From the NCBI GenBank assembly GCA_002633005.1, contig NMRA01001231.1:1-37212 (forward strand): a DNA stretch of 37,212 nt, in the 5' to 3' direction. The position numbers and the translations under genes are program-made. Source of the DNA: Phoronis australis. Lineage: Eukaryota > Animalia > Phoronida. Shown here piece by piece: positions 23,741 through 36,623 of this stretch; position 1 is the first letter of the stretch, and each line of letters opens with the position of its first letter. The notes beneath the pieces were generated by a model, which had not been told where the DNA came from, did no database searches, and saw only the letters and a program-made list of their open reading frames with translations.

Positions 23741-24064
23741 TGGTCCCCTTAACAGCCTCAGTTTCAGCGTACAGAGTAGCCTGCCTGTTTGACACTTGAC
23801 ATCGGAACTGTACACCATCATCAGCTGTATCTAAGTTGACCCTGAGTGTGCTGTTGCCGTTAGTGGTTCCATCATTGTTGTTGGCGGTAGTCATCTTAAC
23901 ATTCTCCGTTATATTTTTGTATGCACCGCTACCAATCCGACGTGACCACACCATAGATGCCTGTGGTTTGCCCAAGTTAGCTGTACATATGAGGACAGCT
24001 GGTCCTGTTGCACCAAGATCAGACTGCGTCGGGGCTCCAGATATAGATGGTTTGCTCGGTAGGA
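23741..24064 (-). CDS. Exon encoding a C2-type (CD80/nephrin-like C2-set_2) Ig domain
   Basis: Acceptor ttcttatttccccag| at 24065, donor |gtaagt at 23740; 324 nt, open, phase 1-1. Translation (V)LPSKPSISGAPTQSDLGATGPAVLICTANLGKPQASMVWSR...NSTLRVNLDTADDGVQFRCQVSN...EAVKGT shows the C..W..C pattern, G-K-P motif and N-glycosylation sequons. Confidence 0.92.
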
Positions 24065-24265
24065 CTGGGGAAATAAGAACAAAATAAGCATTACAGCACC
24101 AATTTACCTATCTAGCTACAATTGATCGCCCAAGTTATCTAATTAAAACACTTTGACATTTGAATGACGTTTTGGCATGCATTGGCCCCTTAATTCGGTA
24201 TGATGATAAAATGTCACCAGACTTCTACATGGCCTCTTTTAACATTGTTAGTAATAGCCGAGATT

Positions 24266-24336
24266 ACCCGACCCGGGGATCGAACCAGCGACCCCCATAA
24301 AACAAGCAAGCATGCTAACCATTCAGCTAATAGACA
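24266..24336 (-). mobile_element. tRNA-derived SINE-like head or tRNA pseudogene
   Basis: Minus strand A box TAGCTGAATGG (24329-24319) and B box GGTTCGATCCC (24286-24276) at tRNA spacing; anticodon arm and acceptor stem degenerate. Confidence 0.6.
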
Positions 24337-24548
24337 ATTGCCCATTATCGAGTAGCTAACAGGGGCTCATATGATTCACCAGAAGCACATCTACAACAAC
24401 ATGTAGTTGCAAACTCTTTGGTAAAACTTTGACACATTTGAATGGGCAGCATCGCCATATTGATTTCCAGCGACAGCGTTGAATAATTATGGGTCAACTT
24501 AATCATTGTCAAAAAGCTCTCCATTACTAAGTTTAGACGGCAAACTTT

Positions 24549-27500
24549 AGTCCTGGTCTCACACGTTGTTAACCCTTATTACATGGTTAGAGGATGTTAT
24601 AAGGATCCAAGAAGTACCTACCCCATAAGTAATACACGACCCGTACTTGAAAAAAGTTTATTAATGAACGGTAAAGGCATGCGGTTGCAACCTGTTTTAT
24701 CGAAGTAAAATGTTCAAATCATAAATGCCGTATACATTCAAAGGTAGTTTCAGCCACTTGCATGAAATTACCGGCTGATTAGTCCTGTGTCGCACTGCCG
24801 CGGCAGCCCTTAGCTAGCCTCAGAGCAAGCTACCAGTATGAAGACTAACTACAGCTTGTTGGTAGACCTACATGTATACAGCTTTGCGTCAAGGCTACCC
24901 TTAGGCCGACCTGGTCGCTTTGGCCAAAGCGCTTGATCAAACTAGGTTTATTTAGAACTTGGGTACTTCTGGCGAACTGTGCAAAAGTGTTGGCTTTCAA
25001 CAGAGATTTTCCCAGACTTTGTATGAGCGCACCAAGCGTAAAAAATGGGGGCTGAAATTTTTGGGAAGGTATATCTTTTACTATCAGATTCACTAGGTAT
25101 GTTTATAGAGCTAATGAGTTGTAGACGCTAACTTTTGGCACTTCCTGTCTTCTAGTGAAATATTGTCTCGTTTTCTACTTTTTTCGGAGTTCATGGATTT
25201 CTGACTGAGGCAGACCTTTTTCCATTTCTCCAAATAGGGGGCTCGTTCGAGCATATAATAATGACAAGTACAATACAAAATGTTTTCATTTTTTATTCAT
25301 TAAGCCAAAATGATTCAACCTTTTAACATAATAAGTAACTTAAAATACACAATACTTTACTCGGGATCTTTTCGTACATCAAAGCATTATTATTGTTTGG
25401 TATGATTTCTAAAAGTTTATCAGTGACAGTTACATCAATCAATGCTGAATGTTTATGCTGTCAACTCGATATAGGTTAAAGAGTTAAGATTATAATCCAA
25501 TCCCAATGGCAAAGGGTACGTGAGTGATAAATATCCATTGCATTAGACTATTTGTTTACTCCCTACCATATGTCTTCTGGAAATCTATTACACGTTGAAA
25601 TGAAAATCTATCACGTCAGTTTTCACGTAACCTTTGGTTTTTAGGTTTGAAGGCTTGTACGGTGCAGAGGAGATATGCATCGCTTCTGCACCGTCCCTGA
25701 ATGGACAAGAATTGTTTTTTAGCATTTGACTGCAGCTAACCAACAAGATCTTCCCATCATCCAGTGCAGAGCTGTTGTCAAAGCCTACTTTCAATATTGG
25801 AGACAACGAACAAAGCCTTTGAAAAGTAACAGTATTTTTAAAGTCATTTTGTTAAATTACTTATTCAGGTCCCGAGGGGGGATTGGCATGGGGGGTTGAA
25901 ATATTTGGTACAACTGAATGTGTGGAAATAACAGGTAATACATGTTTGGGGAAAAGAGCATGGTGAGGTAATTCTTAACCTTCATGAAGTCCCTTCAAGT
26001 TGATTTCATGAAACTGTTTTGCTACTTTTATCGTTTGTAAAACCACGAAAATATATTACATTTTCCGAATTCACAATGACTGAATAGTCTTAACTCATGC
26101 CTTGAAATGCTGTAAGTCGTAATAAATTCAAATGACTGCCATTGTTGTGAAAATCGCATCTTTGATGGTGCCTTACGACTCTTAAACAACGGAAAGATTA
26201 TCCATGACCCAAGTCTTCATATCTTCTATTAGAAGAAAAACGATTCCCTCAACCTTAGGCTAGAAGTATGCTTGACAGACCCGTGAACCTGTAATTTGAG
26301 TTTAAAATTGCTGAAAGTATCAAAATTAAAAAGGCTTGAAAATGGGTAACAAAGGTTTGAAGTTGTCTCAAAAAACTTGTATATTATACAGACAAGCGAA
26401 GCGTTTAAATAATTTTCATGGCTAGGGGTAAAAAATAAAGACACAGTTTTACGCAATACTCATTATATACAACCTTGGTTTCTGAAAATATTAATTATTT
26501 ACTTTTATGTGAAACTGTAGAGCAATCACCATATATTTTTGAAAAACAGGAATAACATTTTTGATCCAATCTGAAGTACGTAATTATTCATATTTCAATA
26601 TTTGTTCCAGGTTCAGTGACATTTTAAGGTCACGTCAAGCTGTATCATAGACAAGCTTTGTTACTCCGTTCTCGTCCCACAGCCCTTCCACACACCAGCA
26701 GTGCTGCATGGCACAATGTGCAAGTCAGTGGCCCAGGAGAAATGTGAATCGCAGTACTAAGTTACCATAAGACAATGTGCCAGTGGGGTGTCTATGTATC
26801 AAGACGAACTATATCTGACTGCTACACAAATAAGCCTTGTTGGTGAGGATGCCCTTTCATGGGCAATGAGTCAACATGAGGGACTGAAGATAAAGAAGAC
26901 CAAGTCACACTCTGGTCTAGTTCAGAGTCGGATTTTGGGCTCAAAACGATTCATGTGATATGCTGCTGTGTTTACCTTCAAGGGTCTAATTGTGGATGTT
27001 ATTGAGGCTGAATGAGGTTACATGAAAGAAAGCCAGTGTTGAAACTGGACCTTTTTACATGCGCTTCTATAGGCCATTGAAACTAGAAACCAGTGAAATG
27101 AAAGCCAAAAACTGAGTGACATTAAATTTTCCTTTCAGAAGAAAGGCTTTATACTACTGGTAAAAACTTTTCAATTTGGTACAGATTATGGGGAAATGAC
27201 ATTTAGTGACTGTATCGATTGTCTTATTGTATGTTTTCAATTGTATGAGCTGGATAAGAATCTGCTATGCACAAGATTCGAGAATAAACAATCATCGGTG
27301 TATTTAAAAACAAATGGCAAACTGAAAAAGCACGGAAAGAAACAACATTGCGAGGGAGTCCATAATAAGGCAAATCAGATGCTGAATTTCTGAATTACGT
27401 TCAATTCTCTCAGGTTATTGCTGAAGGATTGCTTTTCACATTGTCCAACGGTGAAATAGATGGTCAGGCGGTTGATTTCAGTTTTTTCTTGCCTGGGGTA

Positions 27501-28440
27501 ACAAAATAGAAATATTAGCAAATTGTAAAAGAAAAGACAAGACAAAACTACTTTTGTAAGGCAGAACATACTTGACATCTCATAGTCATAGAGAGCACAC
27601 ACGGGGCTTGAGCATCCACACACTTTCTGTCAGTTAGTTAAACCTGTTGACCGCAATTGTCCACGAATATAGTAACCTTAGGTCTTATGAGAATTTGTGG
27701 CCACCTGTCGAAGACTTGCACCAGGGCAATTAGCAGTAATAAGGCTTAGGGCGACGACGTATTTTGATAAAAATTCCATCTTTTACCAGTTGTTTACATG
27801 CCGACAGCCACACATGCGCAATTCAATCACCACTAGTACAGCAGCGACACCGCGGGGAGAATTCTCCGAATAGCCCCATTGCAATAACTTTACACTGCTT
27901 GCCCAGATTTTGATACTTTTTCAATTTTTACAGAGTAGAATACACTACCTTTCCGATGATAGCAAAGTACTTTTTCAAAACGAGAAAAAAATTGGTTGAA
28001 CTCATATTGGTTCCTAGGTTCGACCGCCCTAGGTAAGGAACTAAACACCAATGCTATTTTAACATAATAAGTATGCGTAATATTCCATAAAAATCAACGA
28101 CCACTAACTACAAACTATAAATACACTACATATGCAAACGAATCACGAGATATTACTAATAAAACAAAATAATGAAGACTTTTGAGCAAGCGATAACACA
28201 TTCAGTTACAAGGAAAAAATGGCGGCGTTCAGGACAAGTTCCTAAACTGATGAGCCGGAAATGTCTGTACGGAAATAACCCAAGACAGCCGGTAATTATA
28301 CGCTCACAGAGAAGGGTCAAATACTGTTAAAAAATGGCTTTTGCCAAAAAAGGCGACAAGAATATAAAGGGTCTCGAAAATAAGATTTTACTAAGTATTT
28401 TCAGATACTGGAACCACATGGGCAGTTTGAGACCAGGACT
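24549..28440 (+). mobile_element. Longer Kolobok-like element of the same family (3892 bp) in the V-C2 intron
   Basis: Perfect 13-bp TIR AGTCCTGGTCTCA / TGAGACCAGGACT; TTAA at 28441 (left TSD eroded). 24549-25360 is homologous to 2391-3510 and ~27875-28440 to ~4370-4956, with a unique ~2.5-kb interior. Confidence 0.8.
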
Positions 28441-28477
28441 TTAACATGCTTAAATTGGTGAGCCTACATAGGTATGG

Positions 28478-28645
28478 TCAGTAAAACAAAGCGACGAAAA
28501 ATAAGTATTGTAGGTCGTACAGCATGCCGTATTATTTTGCACTAATTTGTTTCTCGGGGAGCATTTATCGTAGCCTAAGGTGGTTCAAACCCACGGTATG
28601 CTGTACGGGTTACAGAACTTATTTTTCTTTGATTTGTTTTACTGA
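28478..28645. repeat. Imperfect 53-bp inverted repeat; the right arm follows a Kolobok-like start cTAA|GGTGGTTCAAACC (28579)
   Basis: tcagtaaaacaaagcgacgaaaaataagtattgtaggtcgtacagcatgccgt vs the reverse complement of 28593-28645. Confidence 0.7.
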
Positions 28646-29670
28646 ATTTCACTAGGGGGAACATTCACAACATTTACTTTGCCCTTTTGACCCTTTTTCA
28701 GCACAACAGAAACAAGTTAGTATCCAGAATTTTTGATTTGTTGTTATTGATTAACTTTGTTGTCTTAAGGTTGACATACTCTGCTGCAGTTCCCTTTTGA
28801 CTAGGCGAAAAAATATTTTACTCTGACACTAACTTAGTTTTTTGTTCACACTCTACACGTCGAATTTTGCGACCAATTTGCACAAAATTTATAGACTCTC
28901 GCTCGAACATACCAAGTAGAAGCTCAGTGTTTTTCGTCATAATCAGATTCAATAAGGCGGATCAAGAGGCCGTTTTGTTTTCAATATCAGATTCAAAGCT
29001 CATAGAAGTCGCACTTTTGAGGTACACTGCTGAATATTGATACGATTATTATAGCAGACGTGTACTAGAGTTGTGGCGGAAATCAATCCCTTCCACTCAA
29101 ACATAGCGCAACAATCAACCATTATGTGGGCAATTGACTTTCGGGAAGAAAACGTTTTGTCCCGTAGTGTGTGCATTATAGGATTAATTGCTTTGAAAAT
29201 GTTAGATTCGTGTAGCTTTCTTTATTATCAGTGCTGCTTAACAGTAAGTTGCTTTGAAAGTGACGGATCTGACACGTTTTCGTCAATTTTCAGTTGTGCT
29301 GAGGAGGGGGGGGGCTTTTGAATGGAAAGAGCAAAGGACGTAATTTTGCATGTAGATTCTCTAAGATATACTTTTTAAAATCAACACAAACGATTTTCCC
29401 TGACATACTGGTTTGAGTTATTTGACTTTCACTTTGAAGAAAAATGCAAATATTGAATCTTTAAAAATTTGTGGACTTTTGTGAAACTAATCTGTAACAT
29501 GGAGTTTTGAACAGGAATTCAGATGTTTTCCTCTTTTCAAAAGGACGTCTCGTGTTCAATTTATCCACGATTTTCTGAAGATGATGTTAATTTCTGGATT
29601 CAATTTTGCTGCACTTTTGTTGGTTTACCTAAGGAACAATAATATTTCATACTTATTTTTACATCTCCAT

Positions 29671-29713
29671 TCATCATCAACATGGTCATCATTGTCACCA
29701 TCATCATCACCAC

Positions 29714-29748
<35 letters not shown>

Positions 29749-29769
29749 CCACCATCTCTGGTCATCATC
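29671..29769. repeat. (CAT)n microsatellite
   Basis: Seen directly. Confidence 0.95.
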
Positions 29770-30509
29770 CCCAGTGTAGTCTTTTCATCAATTTCGCCAA
29801 GTATGTTGCTCTGACACCAATTTTTTGTTTCTTTGTTTGCAGGATACAAGTTCGCATTTTTCGACTGATCTGCATGTAATTCACACACAACCAGTTGTTC
29901 CAGATGGACTGGATGCAAATTGTTTTTTGCAATGATAGGATTCCAGAAGGTGGAAGTGGTGGCCATTTTCTTTTCAAATTCATATTCAAATGTCCTGGAA
30001 GCCCTACATGTAATGTTTGACATACATGACTGAAAATTGGGGTACCAGAAGTGAACTAAACATGTGCCGGAAATCAACTACAAATTTCGTAAAAAGTTCC
30101 TGTTATAAAACTAAACCTGCCATTTCTAAATGAACAAGTATAATTTCATATACCGTAAGTTAATTGATTCTGAGAATGATTTGAGTTATTACGAGTCAAA
30201 CCAAAACAGTCTTTTCTAATGTAGACAATTGAATATTTTTTTCAAAAATGACCAGTCCTAACACTAAAAATTCATTGAATTCAGTGACAAAAAGCCACAA
30301 ACAATCTGATTTTGATTCGCTTGTATCATTCAAATTACACAACTTAAAACATGAGATCCTAAGTTAGCATTGGTAAGTGATATTAGACAATTTAATATTT
30401 TTCAATTATCCCATTAAGTGCAGCTGACTCTCGAATACAGATTTTATAGTGTTTTAGGGTCGGAAATTCTGGAATAAATGTGGTGAGGTAGGCATGATTC
30501 AAAGTTGCC

Positions 30510-30666
30510 TACTTCAGTTTACCCTTCATACGGCTAATTGTTCTGGCCATTCTGACCTGTCTATCTGGTAACAACTTGGGTGTTTACTTCAGTTTACACT
30601 TCATCAGTGGTCCTCACTTAGACTACTCTATCTGGTAACACCTTGGGTGCTTACTTCAGTATACAA
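30510..30666. repeat. Degenerate ~65-75-bp tandem repeat (tacttcagtttac... / tctatctggtaaca..ttgggtg)
   Basis: tacttcagt core occurs three times, ctatctggtaaca twice. Confidence 0.7.
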
Positions 30667-30980
30667 TTCCCTTTTACTTTATTCAATGATTCCTGCTTGG
30701 TAGATCAACTGATACAAGCTTATATTACTCATTCCTAAGTCCTGCACCTTTGGTGTCTACTTTCTCTTTCAGTTCCGTTTACTTTGCCAATTTATTAATA
30801 GGTCCCCGTTTTACAATGGGTTCGACCATTCAGATATCACTTACTTAATCCTTAATTCTTAATGTTCAGTGTAATAGTAATTCAACTCGCCAAGTTCTTC
30901 TTCTTACCGCTCCACCCGTTACAGTGCTGGCCTGTTGTTTCAGTGTTCCATTTCTGATCCCTTTACTCTTCCTTTTCAGC

Positions 30981-31610
30981 ATGCCACGAAAAACTGCTTT
31001 GCCATACCAGTCTCGTGGATCATCTCGCCAAGAGCCACACGTAAACCCTCCGTCGTCCATTTCATCTCTAACTTCGGACCTCTTTGCACAACTACCGGAC
31101 AATTCAACACTTTGACATGCCCTAAGGGATCTACTCGCCAATGATCTACCTCGGCCCTTGGAGGCTTCCCCCCGGCTCGCCATCACTAACATGGTGACTC
31201 CTTCAGCCGTTCACCAGCCTACAGTAATGCCAACCATCCTCACTTCTACCTCACCGCCTACATCTTCACCAGCTACGGACACATCAACAGCATTGGATCA
31301 CCATATGCCATCCGTTGCAGGTAACCTTGACGTCTCTGGCTTTGGGCTTCAACTTGGATGCAAAAACCAAAAACCTCATATGGAGAGACCAATATGTCGA
31401 TTTTGGTCTCCTAATTAAGCCGGTGTCATCCCCACACCTCCAGCTCTCCATAGTTAACCATCAACCACTTTTTTAACCTACCCCCAAATCTCGCTCCAAC
31501 AACAACATGTTTCAGTGGAACCAGGCATTTCTCATCTATTTAGCCATCAACATCACCCGTCACCCACATCAAGCACCTCATCTCGCAAAGTTTTGTCATA
31601 CCACAATCTC
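30981..31610 (+). pseudogene. Decayed gag-like ORF1 of a tyrosine-recombinase retrotransposon (DIRS/Ngaro-like)
   Basis: ATG at 30981, a Pro/Ser/Thr-rich N-terminus, then LGFNLDAKTKNLIWRDQYVDFGLLI and FQWNQAFLIYLAINITRHPHQAPHLAKF, resembling conserved DIRS/Ngaro ORF1 motifs (KIWxxxYVDL; WxxAFxxY...HP...LxKY). Two in-frame stops and a frameshift. Confidence 0.65.
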
Positions 31611-31849
31611 CATCAATCACCATTTCGGTTTTGCCCCCGCCATCAACAGTTTCGTCAGTTGCGCTCAGCGTAACCCCTGTTCCTCGGGAAACCACCAATA
31701 TGGAACTCTGGAATCTGGTTATCATCCATCTCCCAAAATTTCATCTCCCTCTAACTACCCCAATTCCACCCGTACTAACTACCCAAGCACTCGGTCCTTT
31801 CGTTCCCAATTTCTCCAACCACGTTCAGCTGCCTCTGAGACACAAGCTT

Positions 31850-32110
31850 CCAGCAAACATGCCGCAAGCTTGCGGAAAACAATTTTGTTTGCAGCAAACC
31901 AGCCGCAAAATTTGCAGGAGTTTGCCGCTACCCGCAACTCAGCCGCACACATTGCCGCAACCTTTCTGCAAACACTGAAGTTTGCAGGAATGCTGCGGAA
32001 AACTTGGTGATTCAAAAAGTGTTTGCGGGAAAGTTGCAGGAAACTTTATAGGTAAAAAAGTGTTCTCAGGAATAGGTGAAAAAGTGCTTGCTCGAAATTT
32101 GCAGGAAACT
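31850..32110. repeat. Cluster of GCCGCAA/TTTGCAG motifs in both orientations; likely subterminal region of an EnSpm-like element
   Basis: More than 10 short motif copies starting near ccagcaaacat. Confidence 0.45.
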
Positions 32111-33234
32111 TCAATGTTTAAGGTGTTAGCATTAAGATTTTGACAATGTTAGAAAATGTGAAATTGTTTTTTATTTTCTAAATTTCAAACAAACCTCAAA
32201 TCCCAGAACCTATGAGGGCAGTTACTTATTTTAGATAACTTAACTAAATGTGACCTACAGTTGGGTAAGTTACATTGTTAAAAACGGCAAATGCTCAAAG
32301 GTGACCAAATGCGACCTAAAACACTAGAGAATATAACTGAATCTGTGTGTACTGTGTTTTTTATTCAGTAAGTGTACTTAACAAATTTTCAACTTTCATA
32401 CTGCTGTCAAAGTCAATACAGCAAAATATTAAATGCAATTGCTTTAAAACAACAAAGGCAGCATAAAAAATATAAATACCAACCATGCACAAATAACTGT
32501 ATGATCCAATTTTACCAAATGTGCAAACACTAGCATTAGTCATTTTGATTTTTCAAGGACATTTAGCATTGTTGTGAAGACTGAAATTTTTTCAAAATAT
32601 TGTCTGTCGGCAGCTATGGTACGGACTTCATGGCGCGGGATTCTTGTGGTACTGCACATTATTTATGAAAAAATAAGAAATTAAATTTCACTAGTGAATC
32701 CTTATGTTATTACAAGCTACACGTCCCTACTAGAACTCGAAAGACGAACAGCCTCGATAACCCGGCAATATTACATTCATCGAAATAGGGAGAATTTGAC
32801 ACCTTTCCGTGAGTTACAAGAATTCTTGAAAATCCGAGAACTTCCAACCTAAAGCTCATTGAGAGGGTTGGCGAAACCATTTTATTTCTCTAACCTGATT
32901 ATTTCGAATATACGTTTCATCTAGAGCACTGCAATAAGAAACTTGGTGCGGCAGAAAGTGTGTCTGAAATTGGAGGTATTGATGCGGTGTGGTTCTTGAA
33001 CTTAAATTTGCGACCATGAGAAGAAAACACAGTGAGAAAGCGTTCAAGGTATTACATTTTGAAGCAAATCCATTATCCGGGATAATAATTTGTTTCTTGT
33101 ATTATAATTTACATTGCCGAACCACCGCCCCCGACGCTGTGGTTGCACTCTTTGTTATTATCAATTTTAATCAAAAATGGGTAATCGCGTGTTTCCTTAG
33201 CACTGGACGCGGAATCATCAATCTTCAAAAGTCA

Positions 33235-33394
33235 GGGATGGGCGGTTAACCGAGAGGTGGGTGCTTAACTGGAAATCTTCAAAATTGCAAGGGGGGGGCG
33301 CTTAACACAGCAGTGAGCCTTTAAATTGAAAATCCACCTAAAGTAGGGAAATGGGCGGTTAACTGAGCATGGGCGTTAAACCGAAAGATTACGG
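33235..33394. mobile_element. Terminal fragment of a TA-flanked CCGTA-type element
   Basis: gggcggttaac / gggcgcttaac repeats ending ...ccgaaagattacgg|TA. Confidence 0.5.
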
Positions 33395-34477
33395 TATTAC
33401 TTAACTTTCTATTCACCACTTATGTATACCTTCATTGCTGCTATGTTGAGCCCTGAGTATGTAGAATGTGCATGTCAATCGTTAACGGAAGCCAGGATCT
33501 AATGACCAAGCTAGGTAAGCAAGACTCTACGAGATTACGCGAGATATTACCGTGTGATTTCAATGAGAGCACGTGATTTTGGCTAAAATTTCTCAGCGTG
33601 AGACATGTATTTTGAACTTTCCCCTGTGACGTCACCCGATGTCCCAAATCTCGGATTACTCCCCCAAACTGCAAACGTCAGGCACGGCCACTACCAAAGT
33701 TGAGTTTGCTAACGGCTTGGCAGGTTTTTAGAGGGAGTATGCGCCACAGATATAATGCTCATGCTGCCAACGAAACTCCTTATAAGGCAATGAGATGAAC
33801 TCGGTCAATCTCAATGGGCCAGTGGCACCAAAAGTAATCAATAATATTCAACTAAGTGAGAAATACACAAACAACAACGAATGAGAACCATCAAAAGAAG
33901 TTTCATGCAAATGTTTGTTGAGACTGGTTTCGGAAACGTCCATGTCACGGGGCCCATGGAATACTGAAAAATGTGCTACGAAAACCAAAATTCTGGCCTC
34001 CCAGAAGACGGCCTGTTGTGTAAACTGCTGCGCAATGATGTCTTTGCTGACAAAATATACTTTGCAGAACTAACCACCAAGCCCTAGTTATTTTCAATGG
34101 CTAATATGATCAGTTGTCCACTGAACACAAAAAGGTGACTACAAAAGCAAATAGGCCTAACTTAAGGATCAGAGACTTTCGTGCTGTACTGCACCTCCAG
34201 TGAGCAGGTAGTGGATTAGGCATATGGGTAGCTCTGGGCCTTTGTTTAAATTCAGTTGGCTATGACTAGTTGTTCAAGATGAATTGAAAAGATATTACTT
34301 ACACACGGCCTTACATCATAAACAGACTAGCTGCCCGGTCTGCCGCTTGAGTGAGACTGCTGATTAGGCTGTCCATAACTTACCACTTTGCCTTTATTCA
34401 GTTTCAATGCGCTTATGGCTAGTTGCTGTCAAACGTAATTAACGACGACGACGCCTTTTTTACAAAGTAGTCCCTAA

Positions 34478-34609
34478 ATTTTTAAACTGGTCGCAGGATT
34501 TTTAAACAGGACGCAAGATTTTTAAACAGGATGCGGGACATTTAAACAGGCCGCGCGTTCGGCCAAACAGGATGCTGCGACACGTTAAAAGTGGTCGTGG
34601 AGAACACTG
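34478..34609. mobile_element. hAT-like terminus (reverse complement CAGTGTTCTCCAC) with ~20-21-bp subterminal tandem repeats
   Basis: Four (att)tttaaac(t/a)gg units, then ...gtggagaacactg. Confidence 0.5.
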
Positions 34610-34943
34610 GTGTCAATTTGTTCCGTGTCAGTGCCGTTATAGACTGGAACAACTCGTTTTGTGTCGGCTGAACCATGTCAGTTTTTGAAGTGTAAACGGC
34701 ACTTAAGTGAGTAACAGCTCGGTAAATACTCTGCTTTGAATTTACGTATTTATGCACGACTATGCATACTTGAGTACTCACAACCCAAACTTCCAGCACC
34801 TAGGCATTTTTTGCATACAGTACACACATCTGATATATATTAAAAAGAGCAAGACCAAGACTCAAAAAGAAACCAATCAAATCACATTGCTCCATTGTAT
34901 GGCAAATATCAACATTTCTAAAGCAAAGCCTTGATATACTTAC

Positions 34944-35309
34944 CATCTAACACAACTTTAGTAACAACAGGTGGGACAGCTACGTTGACGTTTTTAGTAA
35001 ACAGTACAGTGTACTCTCCCTCATCATTTTTTTCAACTTCATTTAGAGTGATGGTGAACTGAGTCCTGCCATCATAGTAGTTAGTAGAGCTGCGAGACCT
35101 GTAGGATTCTGAAAATGATCCATTTGGGAGAAACTGTGCTTGAATAACAATAGGTGCAATGAAAACATTCTGCAAACCCTTATTCAACGCAACGCTGTTG
35201 AAGGAATCACCACCACTCTCTGTGTAACCGATTTCAAATACAGCTGAACCTCCTTCAATAGCTATGGTGTCACTGGGAACATTCACATCAAGAGCAGCAT
35301 CAACAACAC
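34944..35309 (-). CDS. Exon encoding an N-terminal V-type Ig-like domain without the canonical disulfide
   Basis: Acceptor ttttattgcag| at 35310, donor |gtaagt at 34943; 366 nt, open, phase 1-1. The translation has V-set hallmarks (EGGSAVFEIGY; SYRSR; FTITLNEVEKNDEGEYTV, a D-x-G-x-Y motif) but no Cys or Trp. Confidence 0.9.
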
Positions 35310-35861
35310 CTGCAATAAAAGAACAACACAAATCGTTAAAATGCATCCAAGACTGCACTACAGGTACAATGTAGTATGCTTCCACGGTGTTAATCAATAA
35401 ATAGCATGTACAATGTACGGTAATATTTATTTCAGACTAATTTTTGACAAAGTTAGTATCCCAGACAAACACATGATAAAAACCATCAAAAATCAGTCAA
35501 ATTACTTCTTACAATACGAGAAAACCAGCGAGTGCTCTAGTACAGTTGAACTTTGTTGCAATGAATCTCCTGGGACTTTTCCAAGATGTTCTTAAGTAAT
35601 CAAGGTTCACAGTAGCTTTCATTGGTACCGGGATTTTCCGTAGATAAGCCCCCGGGTGTGTATTCGAAAAATAAAAAATTTCAAGCATTTTAGTAACACC
35701 ATTCGGAAAAGGGGAGCGTGTAAACGGAAAGTCATAATTCTGCCTACGTAAATACCAGCATGAAGCGCGATATGTATTTTTGTAAGTGAAACAGCCCTTT
35801 TTGGGTAGATTGGTAGTCCTTAAAAGGACTGTTGTGAATACTTTGATACCTGTTAACAACG

Positions 35862-36250
35862 TTAACTGTGTAACAGCCTCTCAACTTTTGTAATATCTGC
35901 CCAGCGAGACAAGAAAATTAATGTGCATGACACTTCCAGACCTCCTTGTGGCAAAGATGATCGCACCCAAGGTCGCTCAGCAGAAAACCTTAACTTCGAC
36001 TTGAATACTCCCACCTCGTATTGTGAAAAAATAACAAATTCAGGCCTGAGTTCTCTTGGTATGTGCCCAACCGTAAGTCCGTCTTTGACTACTTTCATGC
36101 TGTACCGATCAAGCGGATTAGGTCGTCATGTTCCACCCCAAGAACTTCACCCTCTATGGGACTCCACTTTCGACGATACACATGGAATCCACGTATTACA
36201 GTTTGCAAAACGTGAACTCTTGCTACTGTGGATTGTTGGGACGACTCAAG
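35862..36250 (-). pseudogene. Frameshifted stand-alone HIRAN-like domain ORF inside a transposon relic (element terminus TA|CCGGGATTTTCCG at 35628)
   Basis: TVIRGFHVYRRKWSPIEGEVLGVEHD / NPLDRYSMKVVKDGLTVGHIPREL / ICYFFTIRGGSIQVEV / SSLPQGGLEVSCTLIF: a HIRAN-type motif series broken across frames. Confidence 0.72.
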
Positions 36251-36479
36251 ATATTTTGTCTTTAAAGGAGAATGCCACCCAATTTAATTAGTCTTTTTTG
36301 CCGTCTTAATCGGTCTATATCCTCATCGCCTCGCATACGGTCGACATTACCTTGCCAAGAGGTGTCGCCTTAACCTGTGAGGAAGGTGAGAAACGACGCT
36401 GGCGACGTCAGTGGTTCATATTAAGAGTGAATGCTGCTATATTGCGGTGCATCGTTCCCGCTTGTCCGAACTAAGCAGC

Positions 36480-36623
36480 TGCGAGGAAAGCGGGTACATC
36501 GTTTTTTTAATTCCTCGAAAGTCTGAAGTGCTTAGGAAGTGGACCATGGTAGTGAAGAATGAAATGTATGCTGTAAACAGCAAGTATGAGGCCGTGAAAC
36601 ATCTCCGTGTCTGTGGCCTGCAG
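36480..36623 (+). pseudogene. Possible decayed THAP zinc-finger fragment
   Basis: C...VFLIPRKSEVLRKW...HLRVCGLQ follows the THAP pattern F-x-x-P..R-x-W...R-V-C-x-x-(H); the His-Phe and one N-terminal Cys are missing. Confidence 0.4.

Noticed and set aside
24266-24336. Functional tRNA gene
   Set aside because: Acceptor and anticodon stems do not pair; kept only as a tRNA-derived repeat.
29581-30077. Poly-Asp, poly-Ser and poly-Ile ORFs
   Set aside because: All derive from the (CAT)n microsatellite.
31507-32010. 167-aa ORF as an intact gene
   Set aside because: Chimeric: the DIRS-like gag remnant runs into unrelated subterminal repeat sequence.
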